From NCBI GenBank assembly GCA_002633005.1, contig NMRA01000037.1, forward strand, positions 981,972-1,045,700: a stretch of DNA of 63,729 nt, written 5' to 3'. Below the pieces are notes generated by a model that worked only from the letters and a program-made list of their open reading frames with translations, was not told the origin of the DNA and did not search any database. This document shows, one piece after another, positions 61,125 through 63,729 of the stretch. A program made the translations under genes and the position numbers. This DNA is from Phoronis australis (taxonomy: Eukaryota; Animalia; Phoronida). How positions within the stretch are numbered: position 1 is the first letter of the stretch; every line of letters starts with the position of its first letter.

Positions 61125-63253
61125 TACAGCTAGATGGCCGTGTGTAGAGCTCCGTTAGACACCGCAATTTCACACAACCCGGGTGCTCAGCTCGGCACCT
61201 TGTCGTGAAATTTAGAGCTAACAGTCTGTAGGGGTGCATGCAGAATCTGGGAATGAACCGACACTCACCTTGCCAGTTACAGCTGTTTATAGAAGTAAAA
61301 AAAAACAATCTAATAAACGTATATTTTTCGTAATTCTCCGCCTTTTGTAACAAAGAAAAATCTGTCGTCGTTTTGGCCAAACAGTGCCTACTCGTGACAC
61401 CCGCACGTACGCGTCATTTCCGATATCTTTTGCGATATCTTTCGAGAGTTTATTCTGATATTGGATTTTCTGGTATTAAAATATTAAACACTCGTAACGA
61501 AATGAAACCACTTCCGATTATGACATGTAGGCAACCTCACGGTTGATTGAAGAACATGGAAATTGGCCAACAGGTGACGCAATAGCGCCCAATTTTAGAA
61601 GCAGAATAACTGTAGAACACCAATTTTCCAACACCGGTAAATAATTTAATTTACTCAAGAAACAATAATTTTTTTTAATGAGGCATCATTAATTTTGGCT
61701 GCGACAGGCCGGATGAATTGCGACAGAAGCCGGAGGGAATGAAATTAAGCCGACGGAGTGACGTATTCTATTGACCCATGCGCTTTAATAATCCCCATTA
61801 ATTATTTTTTCTGTTCCTATCAAATGTTCATCTTTTGCAAAGAATTTGTAGATGCCAAATGTTGTTTTAGTACTTTGTGCCCTAATAAAAATTGAACAAT
61901 TCACACATCCAGTGCCAATAAAAACAACTGTTTTGTACATTTTCATGAATTTAAGAATGGCACGATTCAAGTTATGTCCGCCCTACGAGGTACCCTTGAA
62001 CCTAGAACATCTTTCCCATCGCAATTTGCCTCCGTTCAGCCGAGCGTCCACATAATGCATCGCACACCTTGCGACCAATGTGGCGCAAAAATGATTAAAC
62101 GCGCTGACTCGTTCATGTATGGTTGAACAAACGCACCCGCAGCTGGTAATGTCTGTAGGTTTGCATTCTCACAACGATTTACACTGGCCAGGGACAAGTT
62201 ACCCTACCTCGATAGGGGGGGGGGGTAAGTTGTCCCGCGTGCGTTACGTTGCCCCAACGAAAGTAGCGTCCGTAAATCGTCATGGGAGTTTCAGTAACAA
62301 ACAAGAATGCCAACGCTGGAGGTTGCATTTTTTGCTTACTACGCCCCATTAGATCATGTGAAGACAGGAGAGAGCACAGGTTCGCGTATAAGGTGCGACT
62401 ATAACGTGCGTCGCGCCTTTTTGTTTCGACTTCGCGTAGGTTTTGGTAAAGTATAGCGCTGCATGGAACACTCATTTTACCACGTCTAGCGAAATTTGTC
62501 ATATATTTGGTCATTCAGTAAGTGTTAGGATGTCTTTTTTTCCCGCGAGTCTATAATAGTAAGAATATTTTCCCAGGGTGTCACTGTTTTTTTTTCTCGT
62601 AGAAAAAGTGAACTCCCCATACTATGCTTCACGTGCCTTCCAAAGTGACTTATATCTCATGTCTGCGTGAAAGCTTCTTTTTACCATATAGATAATTACA
62701 TCGCACGACTACATTCGTCTCCATTACCTTATGTCAGTGGCAGAAAAGACTGATATGCCTTTGGTTAGCGTAAGATTATTATCGACTTGTGGTTTGCTAA
62801 GATAAGAAAGCTATTTATTTAAATAGCGGTCTGACAAGTTTCAAAATGAAAGACAGCATATTCTGGCAGTATTTTAAGGTCGTTTTGCAAAATCAGCATA
62901 AACGACCCAGCGTTATCTCCATCGGGATCAGGAGAAAACTTTTGAGTGAAAATATACCAAAAACCACGAAACCCAATATCAAACTTACCTGCTCTTTCAT
63001 CCTTTACATTTACATTTTATGACAACAAGTTCACCTAATCCAATAACAGCGGGGTTTACTTGGTCATAAAATTTTTCTTACGAATTCATTTAACGACAAT
63101 TGGCTTACATCGTTTGCATATGCTTAACGAAACACTGAAAGGCAAGTAAATGTAGTTTTATCAATGTATTTACAATCAACGTATTATTGACCAGTAATTA
63201 TTTTTCTACATATATTTATTTTATCATAAAGTATGATCAGATCAATTCTCAAA

Positions 63254-63407
63254 CGTTGGGCTGCGCACCATAGGGGGCTGGGGGGGGGGGGNGGGGTTAT
63301 AGCCCCACCACTTTTTTCAGTACTACGCCGCCCATGGTCTGTGGGCGCTGCACCACAGGGGGGCTGGCGGGCTATAGCCCCACTTTTTTAATGTTGCGTC
63401 GCCAATG
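63254..63407. mobile_element. Small dimeric MITE (family of 10127-10255), 5-bp TSD TCAAA
   Basis: TCAAA at 63249-63253 and 63408-63412; GCACCATAGGGGGCTG..GGGCTATAGCCCCACTTTTT units twice. Confidence 0.7.
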
Positions 63408-63729
63408 TCAAACAGGGACATTGCACGACGTAACGAGCGATATAAATTTACTTTCATTAGAAGTCGTACTTATGTGACTAATCGAGTCAGATGTTCGACA
63501 TGGTACAACCGTGTAACAGGCAATCGAAGTGCCTCGGAAACAAGGGCGCGCTGAACGGGACGACTAGAGATAGTTGTGTAAATAGATGTTGCTTTCTGGG
63601 CTGAACTCTTCTTATTGTACATTGTATTTTTGGTAACAATAAACATTAAAAAGTCTCCGATCTGAGAGCAAATCCGTGGCTGATTTTTGGCATGATTTTG
63701 TGTCTTAGTTTAGTGAAAACATATTGGGT

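Noticed and set aside
61267-63060. Minus-strand donor-like sites near 61267 and 62987 as the LGR first exon
   Set aside because: Upstream frames give no signal peptide or Cys-rich LRRNT in the required phase 2.

Overview
Metazoan genomic DNA with spliceosomal introns, AT-rich and rich in transposable elements (TEs). A marine invertebrate is my guess from the TE content; the species cannot be determined from the sequence. Two host genes converge tail-to-tail. On + lie the last two exons of METTL15 (RsmH/MraW-family mitochondrial 12S rRNA m4C methyltransferase; 2879-3073, 5363-5765). On - lies a type-B leucine-rich-repeat GPCR closely resembling the bursicon receptor rickets/LGR2: 17 phase-compatible coding exons traced by hand from 36057 to 7613, with the signal-peptide exon not found. 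Mobile elements: (1) an internally deleted Kolobok DNA transposon (TTAA TSD, ~160-bp TIRs) carrying the N-termini of a THAP transposase and a convergent KolX/P2X7-ballast-like gene; (2) a very young Gypsy-type LTR retrotransposon with non-canonical 138-bp CGCCA...TGGCG LTRs and a 3-bp TSD; (3) an old Gypsy relic, an Academ fragment and an ISL2EU-like TIR element; (4) a 168-bp solo LTR inside a minisatellite; (5) tRNA-derived SINEs and a suite of CA..TG MITEs that share 5-bp TSDs. Smaller oddities are an out-of-order copy of a receptor exon start flanked by direct repeats, a minisatellite built from a splice donor, and back-to-back poly(A) signals between the two genes. I found no CRISPR array, rRNA or bona fide tRNA gene. 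All family assignments rest on motif recognition by eye, not on database searches.
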